The notes under the pieces: generated by a model
Databases searched by the model: none
What the model was told of the DNA's origin: nothing
The model's input: only the letters and a program-made list of their open reading frames with translations
Shown: one piece after another, positions 1 to 9,093 of the stretch
Position numbering within the stretch: position 1 is the stretch's first letter
Layout of the letters: each line of letters begins with the position of its first letter
From: an uncultured Thermoproteaceae archaeon
GTDB taxonomy: Archaea > Thermoproteota > Thermoprotei > Thermoproteales > Thermocladiaceae
Direction: 5' to 3'
Length of the DNA stretch: 32,000 nt
NCBI GenBank assembly: GCA_964575955.1
Contig: CAZNTG010000006.1
Location: forward strand, 458,107-490,106
Translations under genes and position numbers: made by a program

Positions 1-208
1 ATGTAAGAGATATGTATTGTAAACCTTGTAGATTTATAGATATAACTGTTAAAGGTCTACATGATAGTAGTATTATATCTTTAAGATTTCTAGATGATAT
101 AGGGTCTAGAGTTAGGTATGTGATGTCTAGCTTATCTACAAGTTCAGAAACTAGGTCTGGATTATTGTATTATCAGATAGTTCAACTATCTTGAATAATC
201 TACATTTA

Positions 209-943
209 TCATATTAATTTAACTTTCTTACTAATTTTGAAGTTTTCTAACTTGATTATGTGTATGTAATCGTTATCTATCATTACGACACCTCTACTCT
301 CTTCTGATGGTTTTATAATTTCACTAATAGGACCACAACCACCTATCTTTGCTATTTCTGCTAGATATCCAACATGTACTATCCTATACTTCTCATCTAT
401 GTAGAGTAGATTTGTATGTCCTATAAACCACCATGCGTCTCTAGGTAGGATACTTCTCAATCCAGCTATCTCTTCCTTCCTTCTAGCTCTTCTAGCTGCC
501 TCTATTAGAACTTGCTCATCTGAGTATTCAGGATTTAGACTTTCTGGTATTGCAATATTTATCTGTACATGTCCATGACTAAATACTAATTTTCTACCAT
601 GTATAGACTCTACATGATATGCACATAGCTTAACCATGTGTCTTCTAGTTGAGAATAATCTTGAATATGCTTCAGACCACTCTAATAATACTCCATCTCT
701 ATCACCAACAACATACACTATCTCTCTACATCCAAGTCTTAAGATTCTATTAAAAAACTTATGACTATCCTTCTCTAAACTATCTATAAATTGTCTTGTC
801 GGTCTTCTAGGGAAATCTATGAAATCTCCAAGTATTACAAGTTTTGAAAATTTAAAATTTTCTAAAATTCTTAAAAGTTCTAAAAATGATATTCCTGTAG
901 GTATATAACAGTTAGATATTATTAATATATCCCCACTAATCAC
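209..943 (-). CDS. Calcineurin-like metallophosphoesterase (GTG start)
   Basis: 244-aa ORF with metallophosphoesterase motifs in canonical order: GDFIDF (GDxxD), VVGDRDG, SHGH, IGHTN. The first motif is degenerate (ISNCYIP instead of D-x-H). Confidence 0.7.
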   Translation of the reverse strand: MISGDILIISNCYIPTGISFLELLRILENFKFSKLVILGDFIDFPRRPTRQFIDSLEKDSHKFFNRILRLGCREIVYVVGDRDGVLLEWSEAYSRLFSTRRHMVKLCAYHVESIHGRKLVFSHGHVQINIAIPESLNPEYSDEQVLIEAARRARRKEEIAGLRSILPRDAWWFIGHTNLLYIDEKYRIVHVGYLAEIAKIGGCGPISEIIKPSEESRGVVMIDNDYIHIIKLENFKISKKVKLI

Positions 944-980
944 TAGACTAGTAGTACACTTCTAGAATAAGTCAGTTTCG

Positions 981-1032
981 ATGATGAAGGCAGGGCTTAG
1001 CAGATATGTGAAGAAGCCTTGACGGGGACTGA
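981..1032 (+). ncRNA. Candidate C/D box sRNA (2'-O-methylation guide)
   Basis: C box ATGATGA (981-987), 13-nt spacer, D' CAGA (1001-1004), 3-nt loop, C' GTGAAGA (1008-1014), 14-nt spacer, D box CTGA (1029-1032). It is locally GC-rich in an AT-rich intergenic gap. Spacers are slightly longer than the canonical 12 nt. Confidence 0.45.
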
Positions 1033-1036
1033 TATT

Positions 1037-1160
1037 TGGAGCCCCGGCCGGGATTTGAACCCGGGACCTGCCGCTATCGTGGACCCCGAGGGGCTCTTAC
1101 CCACTGTACCCCTCGGGGCCTTACAAGGCGGCCGCTCTGACCGGGCTGAGCTACCGGGGC
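1037..1160 (-). tRNA. tRNA-Thr (anticodon UGU) with a 46-nt intron at the canonical 37/38 position; 3' CCA encoded
   Basis: The reverse complement folds as a cloverleaf. Acceptor GCCCCGG/CCGGGGC, D stem GCTC/GAGC, anticodon stem GCCGC/GCGGC, loop CTTGTAA, T arm CCGGG-TTCAAAT-CCCGG, discriminator U, then CCA. Exon 1 is 1160-1122, intron 1121-1076, exon 2 1075-1037. About 70% GC in an AT-rich genome. Confidence 0.85.
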
Positions 1161-1188
1161 TTTCTTGTAGTCGTTATTTTGTGTGGGG

Positions 1189-1197
1189 TTTTTAATT
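1189..1197 (-). promoter_or_regulatory. Putative TATA element for the tRNA-Thr gene
   Basis: AATTAAAAA on the minus strand, 29-37 nt upstream of the mature tRNA 5' end. Confidence 0.35.
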
Positions 1198-1286
1198 CTT
1201 TCTTCAGTTACTAAAAATACTAACTCTTTGTAGAGTCTTGGTGTCTCTATTGCCTTGAGGATACACTATTTAGAGGTACTTAGAAT

Positions 1287-2250
1287 ATGAGTAGTTCGAG
1301 ATCTATGGCAGGTGAGAAAGGTGTCTATGGATTTATTGGTATCTCACTAGCTATGATGTCTATAGTGATAATACTTGCTGCTTTAGGAACATATTTTTAA
1401 GCTACCAGCAACATTTTGGTCTATAAGTCTATTCTTTCTGACGTTTGCTATTGGAATACTAGCACCTGTTGGTGGTGTAATTTTCGTACCAGTAGTATCA
1501 GCATTCTACCCATTTAGCATAACTTTCGTTAGAGGTGCTGGTCTAGTTATGGCTCAGGTTAATGCACTAGTGTCAGTACCAAAATTTTTACGTGTAGGAC
1601 TTGCATCTCTACGCATAGGTCTATTAGCAGCAGTTGTTGCTGCTGGTGCAGCAATTGCAGGAGCTAAGATGGGTATATGGGTTGTTAAGGCTTTTCCAAA
1701 AGGAAAATACTACATATATGTAGTACTCGGTGCATTACTATTCTTCATATTTGCAATAATGGTAGCATCTAAAAGAGTAGAATTTCCAGAGGCTAAAGAA
1801 ATGAATTCACTAGCAGAGATGTTTAATTTAACAGGAGCATACTACGAACCCGCACTTGGAAGAGTTATAGAGTATAAAGTTACTAGAGTACCTCTAGCAC
1901 TTGCAGCATTTGCAGGTGTTGGATTTATAGCTGGAATGTTTGGACTAGGAGCAGGTTGGGCAAATGTTCCAGTACTAAACCTGATTATGGGAGCTCCAAT
2001 AAAAGTATCAACATCGACAAGCATGTTAATAATAGCATTAACAACACCAGCAGCATGTGTATATCTTGTAGATTGTGCAATACTACCACTAATAATGATA
2101 CCTGCAGTAGTAGGAATGTTCTTTGGATCAAGACTTGGAGCATGGTTAAGTACTATACGTATTCAACATAGTACCACCATTCGTACCAATGAACGTAATG
2201 GAGTCACTATGGCATCTAAAACCATCAGTATTCTGGCAGAAAATTTCTGA
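1287..2250 (+). pseudogene. TauE/SafE (DUF81) family anion permease, apparently frame-disrupted
   Basis: Duplicated TauE motifs GILAPVGGVIFVP and GMFGLGAGWANVPVL, with multiple TM helices. The first motif lies upstream of the first ATG (1549), in a frame open only from 1387 and lacking ATG/GTG/TTG. An ATG ORF (1287-1400, one TM helix) ends at TAA right after a T5 run and is offset by +1. The C-terminal 33 aa of frame 1 are hydrophilic, while the expected last TM helix (VLYVFNIVPPFVPMNVM) is in the next frame. Confidence 0.5.
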
Positions 2251-2473
2251 AAAACTACACCTAACACTTAAATTAGGTAAGTATTGGTGGATATTTGATA
2301 ATATTAATCACTCTGACATGATAGCTATGGTTGGTGTATTGATATTCATAATTGGCGTAATTGCAACTATAGTTGGAATATGTGCAGCATATGCAAAACA
2401 TGATAGAAAGACGCTGATAATATCGATAATATTGTTAATAATAACACTATACGCAGTATTGGAGTATATATAA
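2189..2473 (+). CDS. Small membrane protein (2 TM helices), or out-of-frame C-terminal remnant of the upstream permease
   Basis: 94-aa ORF overlapping the permease 3' end. The C-terminal half (MIAMVGVLIFIIGVIATIVGICAAY...LIISIILLIITLYAV) is two clear TM helices. No recognisable family. Confidence 0.3.
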   Translation: MNVMESLWHLKPSVFWQKISEKLHLTLKLGKYWWIFDNINHSDMIAMVGVLIFIIGVIATIVGICAAYAKHDRKTLIISIILLIITLYAVLEYI

Positions 2474-2628
2474 GTTCTACAAAGTTCATAATTAATCAAA
2501 TACAGCCTTTCTACAATCTTAAATCTATACTAGACTTTTCATTAACATTCTCTCAGTTCTAACCATTTAAACAGTTCTTTAAATGGATAGTACTCTTTTT
2601 AAGCTTAGCACATTCTTGAAGTCTTGAG

Positions 2629-4095
2629 ATGAGTAATACAAATGATGTAGAATTTTCTCGTAGAGATTTTCTTAAGCTTGCCATTTCAACAGGCGCTGCA
2701 ATTGGTATAGCTGTTACATGTTTTGGAGCTGGTATCGGTACAGGATATGCAATATCTCAAGCATTGTCTAAAGCTGTTAAAGTATCTCCAAAAGTTAAGA
2801 CTGTAATAAAGTATCAAGTACCTAAGATTAGAGTAGGCTTCATATATATTGGACCTATAGGTGACTATGGTTGGACATTTGCACATGAGAGAGGTAGAGA
2901 GTACGTGTCTAGATATCTAGGACCAATATTGAAGGAGTGGAAAGGTAAGCCACAGCCAATATATATTGAGAAGGTATTTCCTGAATCTAGAGTTATTGAA
3001 GCTATCAAAACACTTGTAGAAGAGGAAGGATGTAATCTCATATTTACAACAAGTTTTGGATATATGAGATATACTTGGGAGATGGCTAAAAAGTATCCTG
3101 ATGTACTTTTTGGACATTGTTCAGGATATTTAACACCAGAAACACCATTAAACGTTGTTGAATATTTCATAGATGAATATCCAGCATACTACCTATGTGG
3201 TATTGTTGGTGGAGCAATGACTAAAACTAACAAGGTAGGTTATGTACCTGCATTCTTAACACCAGAAATTATTAGACATATAAATGCATTTACGATAGGT
3301 GTTAAAGAAGGTGCAGCACTTGTAGGTAAAGATCCTGATAGTGTTGAAGTGATAGTAGCACCACCATTAGGAAGATGGTACTATCCTGAGAAGGCTAGAG
3401 AAGAAGCAGAAGCATTAATAGCAGAGGGATGTGACGTACTTGCATATACAGAAGATTCTCCAACAGTTCTAGAAGTTGCAGAAAGCTATCAGAAGAAGGG
3501 TATGAAGATTTGGAGCTTTAGTCATTATAGCGATATGCATGTATATGGTCCACATGCATGTCTAACAGGACAATTAGTAAATTGGGGACCAATGTATGAA
3601 GAACTTGTAATTAGAGCTTACATGGTATACCTAATGCATAAATATTGTGAAACACCACTTGAAGAAGCTTTAAAAATATGGACACAATGGCCACCTGAAA
3701 GACCAAGAGATTACTGGTGGACAATGCATAGATCACACTATGTACCACTAACATTAAAAGATGCTTTCGTACCTGTTAAAGAAACTCCATATGGAACAAT
3801 ATATGAACCTATAAATGTTGTAGATATATGGTTAATAAATCCTGCAGTTCCTGAAAATGTGAAGAACTACGTTCTCTATAAGAGAAAGCTAATCATGGAG
3901 AATATAGTAGACCCATTTGGACCACCAATATCAATAATTAAGAATGGAAAGATTGAGAAGATAGTTATGAAAGAGATTATAGATGTAGAAAGTAAGGTGA
4001 GGGTTGAACCTGGAATGAGGTTAAGTAAAGATGAGCTATATAGCATGAAGTGGTTTGTTAAAGGTGTTGTACTTCCAAAAGGTGTATCAGTTTAA
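2629..4095 (+). CDS. BMP-family (PnrA/Med-like) ABC transporter substrate-binding protein with Tat-type signal/anchor
   Basis: N-terminal SRRDFLKLA twin-arginine motif plus a hydrophobic stretch. Has BMP-like blocks (IRVGFIYIGPIGDYGWT, LIFTTSFGY, VGYVPAF) and is followed by the cognate ATPase and two permeases. At 488 aa it is roughly 100 aa longer at the C-terminus than typical BMP proteins. Confidence 0.8.
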   Translation: MSNTNDVEFSRRDFLKLAISTGAAIGIAVTCFGAGIGTGYAISQALSKAVKVSPKVKTVIKYQVPKIRVGFIYIGPIGDYGWTFAHERGREYVSRYLGPILKEWKGKPQPIYIEKVFPESRVIEAIKTLVEEEGCNLIFTTSFGYMRYTWEMAKKYPDVLFGHCSGYLTPETPLNVVEYFIDEYPAYYLCGIVGGAMTKTNKVGYVPAFLTPEIIRHINAFTIGVKEGAALVGKDPDSVEVIVAPPLGRWYYPEKAREEAEALIAEGCDVLAYTEDSPTVLEVAESYQKKGMKIWSFSHYSDMHVYGPHACLTGQLVNWGPMYEELVIRAYMVYLMHKYCETPLEEALKIWTQWPPERPRDYWWTMHRSHYVPLTLKDAFVPVKETPYGTIYEPINVVDIWLINPAVPENVKNYVLYKRKLIMENIVDPFGPPISIIKNGKIEKIVMKEIIDVESKVRVEPGMRLSKDELYSMKWFVKGVVLPKGVSV

Positions 4096-4101
4096 GAAAA
4101 T

Positions 4102-5595
4102 ATGAAGAATGCATTAAAACTTGTAGGTATAGTAAAGAAATTTCCACACGTAACAGCACTAGATAATGTAGATTTTGAACTCAACTATGGAGAGATTCAT
4201 GCACTACTAGGTGAAAATGGTGCAGGAAAAACGACATTAGTAAACATAATATCTGGAGTATACATACCCGATGAAGGAGAGATATATCTAGAGGGTAGAA
4301 GAGTAATTATAAGATCTCCAAAAGATGCCCAAAAACTTGGAATTGTATCAGTATCACAACATCCAGTACTTATAGACTCATTAACAGTTTTAGAAAATAT
4401 AGCATTAGCACTTGGTAAAAATCCTCATGATAAAAAGTTTCAAGAAAATATTAGGAGGGTAGTGAATGAGTTTAATATTAAGATTAATCTAGATGCAAAG
4501 ATATGGCAACTATCAGCTACTGAGAAAGCTAGAGTAGAGATAGTTAAGGCACTTATGAAAAATGGAAAAATATACATATTCGATGAACCGACATCTCTAG
4601 TAGGATTGAAAGATAGAGACAACATCATGAATATAATGAAAAAATTGAGAGATGAAGGAAAGGCAGTACTATTCATAACACATAAAGTTGATGAAGTATT
4701 TGAAATAGCTGATAGAGTTACAGTACTTAGAAAAGGTAAGAAAGTATTAACTAAAGATGTCAAAGAAATTACTAAAGATGAATTGATAATTGCAATGTTT
4801 GGAAGATATAGTGAAGATTTAGAATATTCAAAATGTAGAAGATATAGTAATGGACTTACACCAATATTAAAGGTAGATAATATCAAAGTTAAAGATGATC
4901 TTGGAAAGATAGCTGTAGATGATGTAAGTCTAGAAGTTTATCAAGGAGAGATAGTAGGTATTGCAGGTCCTGTAGGTTCTGGACAGAGAGAACTTCTAGA
5001 AGCAATTGCAGGTATTAGAAAGGTAGTGTCAGGTAAAGTATACATGTTTAATATAGATGTCACAAATAGAGATTCAAAATTTATTAGAAAACTCGGAGTA
5101 GCATATATACCAGATGATAGACTTAGTATAGGTTCTGCATTATCACTCACAGTTCGTGATAATTTAATTATGAGAGATTTAGACATATATACAAATAGAA
5201 TTGGCATATATGTTAAGAGTAGGTTCAGAAATCTTGAACATATCTTAAGCAAGGTTGGACTAAGTAAAGAACTTCTTGAAGTACCTTGTGCAGACTTGTC
5301 AGGTGGTATGATTCAGAGAGTTATACTCGCTAGAGAACTTCTAAATAGAGATATTAGACTTATAATAGCATCATACCCAACTAGCGGTCTTGATCATGAA
5401 ACTACAAAGCTTATTCATGACATGTTTATGAAGTTTAGAGATAGAGGATGTGGAGTAATTATCGCATCTGAAGATATTGAAGAACTATTGAGATTATGTG
5501 ATAGAATCTTAGTAATGATTAATGGTAAGATAGTTTATGAATCTAGAGTAGATAGTTTAGACATTGAAAAACTTAGAGAATTATTATCAACATAG
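4102..5595 (+). CDS. ABC transporter ATP-binding protein, duplicated ATPase domains (sugar/nucleoside uptake type)
   Basis: Walker A GENGAGKTT and a second P-loop GPVGSGQRE. Signatures LSATEKARV and LSGGMIQRV, Walker B IYIFDEPTS and LIIASYPTSGLD. 497 aa, typical of the two-domain ATPases partnered with BMP-family binding proteins. Confidence 0.9.
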   Translation: MKNALKLVGIVKKFPHVTALDNVDFELNYGEIHALLGENGAGKTTLVNIISGVYIPDEGEIYLEGRRVIIRSPKDAQKLGIVSVSQHPVLIDSLTVLENIALALGKNPHDKKFQENIRRVVNEFNIKINLDAKIWQLSATEKARVEIVKALMKNGKIYIFDEPTSLVGLKDRDNIMNIMKKLRDEGKAVLFITHKVDEVFEIADRVTVLRKGKKVLTKDVKEITKDELIIAMFGRYSEDLEYSKCRRYSNGLTPILKVDNIKVKDDLGKIAVDDVSLEVYQGEIVGIAGPVGSGQRELLEAIAGIRKVVSGKVYMFNIDVTNRDSKFIRKLGVAYIPDDRLSIGSALSLTVRDNLIMRDLDIYTNRIGIYVKSRFRNLEHILSKVGLSKELLEVPCADLSGGMIQRVILARELLNRDIRLIIASYPTSGLDHETTKLIHDMFMKFRDRGCGVIIASEDIEELLRLCDRILVMINGKIVYESRVDSLDIEKLRELLST

Positions 5596-5603
5596 TTGAG
5601 AAG

Positions 5604-6695
5604 ATGAAAATTTTAAACTATAAAATTGATATTGTAGTTAGAAGACGTGAAAAAATTTCAAAATCTAGAAAAGCACTATATACAGCATTGTCACTATTAA
5701 TAGCATTCCTACTTGCTGCACCGATAACATACTTCCTAGGTGTTAATCCAATACTATTCTATAAGTATCTAATAATTGGATCATTCTCACCATATTCAAT
5801 ATCTTCAACTATTGTAAATTTAATACCTGTAGCATTATGTTGTTTAAGTGCGATATTCTCATTTAGAGCAGGATTGTGGAATATCGGTCAAGATGGTCAA
5901 TATGTTCTAGGTGCAATAATGCTACTTTGGATATCTTCTCTCATACCAAATGTTCCAAAACCAATAGCTTACACACTTGTAGTTATTATTGGTGGAATTG
6001 CTGGAGGATTGTGGTGTCTTATTTGTGGTGTTCTTAGAGCATTTACGGAAGCTAATGAGGCTGTTACAACATTGATGATGTTGTACATAGCTACAAACAT
6101 ACTGAACTACCTATGCTATGGTCCTTGGAGAAGTAAGGTTGGATTTCCTGAGACATTTCCACTACCTCAAAATTATCAACTTCCCAATATTGGACCTATA
6201 ACATCTGCAGTAATAATATTAGCAATATTGACTATTATTGCATGGTTCATACTTGAGAAGACTAGACTAGGATTAGAGATGTCTCTACTTGCTGAAGGTA
6301 CTAGAGTTGGAGATTATGCAGGTATTAGATATAGAAGATTGATATGTACTGTAATGTTCATAAGTGGAATGTATGCAGGTATTGCAGGTTCACTATACCT
6401 ATCATACTATGCTAAGTTTCTACAACCAGGATTTGTAGCATTTTATGGATTTTCTGGAATCATAGCTGCATGGCTTTGCGAACTTAGAGTTGAATATTCA
6501 ATACTTGCATCACTACTCCTAGCAGCAATATATGCAAGTAGCTATACTATGCAGGCAGCATTAAACATACCTTCATACATGGTTGATACACTTGAAGGAC
6601 TTCTACTTACATGTATATTATTGACATACTTCTTTACTAGGTATAGTGTTAAAATAAGACTTATTAAAGTTGATAGGGTTGAGAAGAAGAAATGA
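5604..6695 (+). CDS. ABC transporter permease (BMP/nucleoside-type system)
   Basis: 363-aa polytopic membrane protein directly after the ATPase, with an ATGA stop/start overlap with the next permease. Confidence 0.8.
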   Translation: MKILNYKIDIVVRRREKISKSRKALYTALSLLIAFLLAAPITYFLGVNPILFYKYLIIGSFSPYSISSTIVNLIPVALCCLSAIFSFRAGLWNIGQDGQYVLGAIMLLWISSLIPNVPKPIAYTLVVIIGGIAGGLWCLICGVLRAFTEANEAVTTLMMLYIATNILNYLCYGPWRSKVGFPETFPLPQNYQLPNIGPITSAVIILAILTIIAWFILEKTRLGLEMSLLAEGTRVGDYAGIRYRRLICTVMFISGMYAGIAGSLYLSYYAKFLQPGFVAFYGFSGIIAAWLCELRVEYSILASLLLAAIYASSYTMQAALNIPSYMVDTLEGLLLTCILLTYFFTRYSVKIRLIKVDRVEKKK

Positions 6696-7606
6696 ATATT
6701 TCAATAATAGTTTCAGATATATTAGAGAGATCTACAGTATATCTACTAGCAACTGAAGGATCGCTAATAGTTCAGAGAGCTGGACTTCTAAATCTTGGAA
6801 TTGAAGGATTTTTCGCAATTGCCGCACTCGTAGCATATGCAGTTGCTGTATATACTGGAAATGTAATCTATGCATTTATAGCAGCAACAATATCAGCAAT
6901 AGCATTTAACATGATATTTACAGTATTGACGGTACATCTCAGATTAAATCACATAGTTTCAGGTTTAGCAGTGTCAATGTTAGGTATAGGTATTAGCTAT
7001 ACTCTAGGTATTGTCCTAGTTGGTGTTCCACTACCATCAACAATAACAATACCAACAATAAGTATATGTGGCGTATGTATAGATCCGCTAATCTTAACAT
7101 CAATAATCGTAGCAGTATTGCTATGGTACATGTTGTATAGAACTAGGATTGGGTATGAAATTAGGATTGTAGGTGAAAATCCACATGCAGCAGATCTACT
7201 TGGAATATCTATAAATAAGGTTAGGTATGTAGCAACATTAATTGAAGGCTTTTTAGTAGGTCTTGGAGCTGCATACTACTCACTAGAGGTAATACCTGTA
7301 TGGTCAACAGGTGTTACACTTGGAAAGGGTTGGCTAGCTATTGCATTAGCAATGTTTAGTCTATGGCATCCAATATATGCCATTGTTGGAGCATACTTAA
7401 TAGCATGTTCAGACACACTAGCAACAATCCTTCCAAGACTTGGAATACCTGTATCACCATACCTACTCTACACATTACCATACGCATTAACTATTGGAGT
7501 ATTAGCAGTAGTATCGTATATCGAGATTAGAAAGAAGAAGCTTGGAATACCTACAGCACTTGCTAAAGTATATTCAAGAGAGGAGAAGGCTAGAAAATAT
7601 ACCTAA
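6692..7606 (+). CDS. ABC transporter permease (second subunit)
   Basis: 304-aa polytopic membrane protein, translationally coupled to the preceding permease (4-nt overlap). Confidence 0.8.
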   Translation: MNISIIVSDILERSTVYLLATEGSLIVQRAGLLNLGIEGFFAIAALVAYAVAVYTGNVIYAFIAATISAIAFNMIFTVLTVHLRLNHIVSGLAVSMLGIGISYTLGIVLVGVPLPSTITIPTISICGVCIDPLILTSIIVAVLLWYMLYRTRIGYEIRIVGENPHAADLLGISINKVRYVATLIEGFLVGLGAAYYSLEVIPVWSTGVTLGKGWLAIALAMFSLWHPIYAIVGAYLIACSDTLATILPRLGIPVSPYLLYTLPYALTIGVLAVVSYIEIRKKKLGIPTALAKVYSREEKARKYT

Positions 7607-7609
7607 ATT

Positions 7610-8164
7610 TTACTCAACCTTAATATCGACACCCTTCCTCTTCTTCTCCCTCTTCTCAAGCTCTATTGTTAAGACACCATTTCTATATGTTGCCTTTGCT
7701 TTTGTTGGATCTACAGGTGCTGGTAGGTCAATCTCCTTATAGTATTTCCTATCCTCTCCCTTAGCTGATACTGTAAGCTTTGTACCATCTTCACTAACAG
7801 TTACCTTAATATCCTCCTTATTTACTCCAGGCATATCCATTATCACCTTAATCTTATCATCTTCCTCAATAACATCTGTTAGAGGTTCAATATCTTCCTG
7901 AACTTCTATTACAGGCTTACCAGCTGTTTCAATTCCTCTAGGTCTTATATTTCCAAATTCCCTAATCCTAGGCTTACCATCAGGACCTACAGTAATTTCA
8001 AAACCATAATAATACACTCTAGGCTTACCCATAGCAAAGAACTTACCAGGTTCTCTACTCAACCTTTCAAGTCTTTCAAACTCTGCAAGCATCTCCTTCT
8101 CCATCTCTTCAAAGAACTTCATCATACGTTTCATCCATCTCTCAAAGTCCTCCATGAAGCTCAT
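7610..8164 (-). CDS. hsp20: Small heat-shock protein, Hsp20/alpha-crystallin family
   Basis: C-terminal alpha-crystallin domain (DVIEEDDKIKVIMDMPGVNKEDIKVTVSEDGTKLTVSAKGEDRKYYKEIDLPAPVDPTKAKATYRNGVLTIELEK), preceded by a charged helical N-terminal region. Confidence 0.9.
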   Translation of the reverse strand: MSFMEDFERWMKRMMKFFEEMEKEMLAEFERLERLSREPGKFFAMGKPRVYYYGFEITVGPDGKPRIREFGNIRPRGIETAGKPVIEVQEDIEPLTDVIEEDDKIKVIMDMPGVNKEDIKVTVSEDGTKLTVSAKGEDRKYYKEIDLPAPVDPTKAKATYRNGVLTIELEKREKKRKGVDIKVE

Positions 8165-8277
8165 ACAACTAGATAACTTCTTAAAGAGTTAATAAACCAT
8201 TGGTCATAGACTACCAATATTCAATACATCAACACAGTAGACTTGAAGTCAAATTATTGATGTTACAGCACTAGAAA

Positions 8278-9078
8278 CTATATTTCAAAAACCCTCTCTA
8301 ACTCACTACACAGTCTCGACTTATCTATACACATCTTAAGTATCTCACGTATTCCTCTGAATTTATCCATTAATGATCCACCTAGTAGAAATAGAGAACC
8401 TTTAACTGCTAATGTATCAGTAACACCTTTACTTTTAAAATTATTAATTAGTTGCAATATCTTTGATAGATCCTCTGATGTACTATATTTTTCACACTCT
8501 TTAATTAATCTTAGTATTAATTCCTCAGCTGTGTTGTAATAAGAGAGTATATTTATACGAAGTGTAAAGTTACTAAATATGATGTCAATATATTGTTTTC
8601 GAATTGGGATTATATCGAACTTGCACTCTTTTACTGTTAGCACTAGCCTCAGAGATTTCCTACTACATAAATCTTCAATTTTATGTTGTAGATTATCTAG
8701 ACAATCATAATCGATTAAAACCGAAATTTGCCGTACAGACTCTACAGAGAATTTCTGAAGTTCTTTAATAACTTCAGATCTTCCTAAAGGAATATATTGA
8801 ATAACTATTGGCTTTGTGCCGTGATTGATCGTTGAATAAATTATGTGTTTGAGGAAATCTATAACACCTCCACACCCTCCACATGGTATAATCCACACAT
8901 CGTAATCATGCTTGTTGGAAATCTTCCCTCTACATATATAATCAACAATTCTTCCACCTATGTAATGCCCACCTAACACTTCAACGTTTTTTAATATACC
9001 ACATAAGTGTTCCATCATTAATCTCAACAATAAGCAGTCTCGCAATCCTTCAGTGATGATAAACATTACCTTAACCAT
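8278..9078 (-). CDS. TOPRIM-like putative nuclease (DUF4435/RloB/DUF3226-like), partner of the upstream ATPase
   Basis: 266 aa. N-terminal beta-strand plus Glu motif FIITEGLRD (Glu codon 9049-9051), Gly-rich IIPCGGCGGV, acidic LIDYDCLD (DxD, 8704-8712), helical C-terminus. Starts 15 nt after the ATPase stop on the same strand. The family assignment is by motif pattern only. Confidence 0.4.
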   Translation of the reverse strand: MVKVMFIITEGLRDCLLLRLMMEHLCGILKNVEVLGGHYIGGRIVDYICRGKISNKHDYDVWIIPCGGCGGVIDFLKHIIYSTINHGTKPIVIQYIPLGRSEVIKELQKFSVESVRQISVLIDYDCLDNLQHKIEDLCSRKSLRLVLTVKECKFDIIPIRKQYIDIIFSNFTLRINILSYYNTAEELILRLIKECEKYSTSEDLSKILQLINNFKSKGVTDTLAVKGSLFLLGGSLMDKFRGIREILKMCIDKSRLCSELERVFEI

Positions 9079-9093
9079 AAGTCTGTGGCAGAG

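Noticed and set aside
12-194. 60-aa ORF at the window edge.
   Set aside because: It has no motifs and no clear promoter, and it lies downstream of the convergent phosphoesterase gene. It cannot be distinguished from chance.
1015-1028. The plus-strand sequence CCTTGACGGGGA resembles the sense strand of the 16S 'AAUUGACGGGG' region. That would imply a guide on the opposite strand.
   Set aside because: The minus strand has no C box here. As I recall, archaeal 16S has UUGGCGGGG at that site, so the match drops to a short chance similarity. The plus-strand sRNA model is retained.
4688-4716. TTGATGA followed 14 nt later by CTGA inside the ABC ATPase gene (C/D-box-like).
   Set aside because: It sits within a strongly supported coding region, has no C'/D' pair, and the spacing is off. 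It is most likely coincidental.
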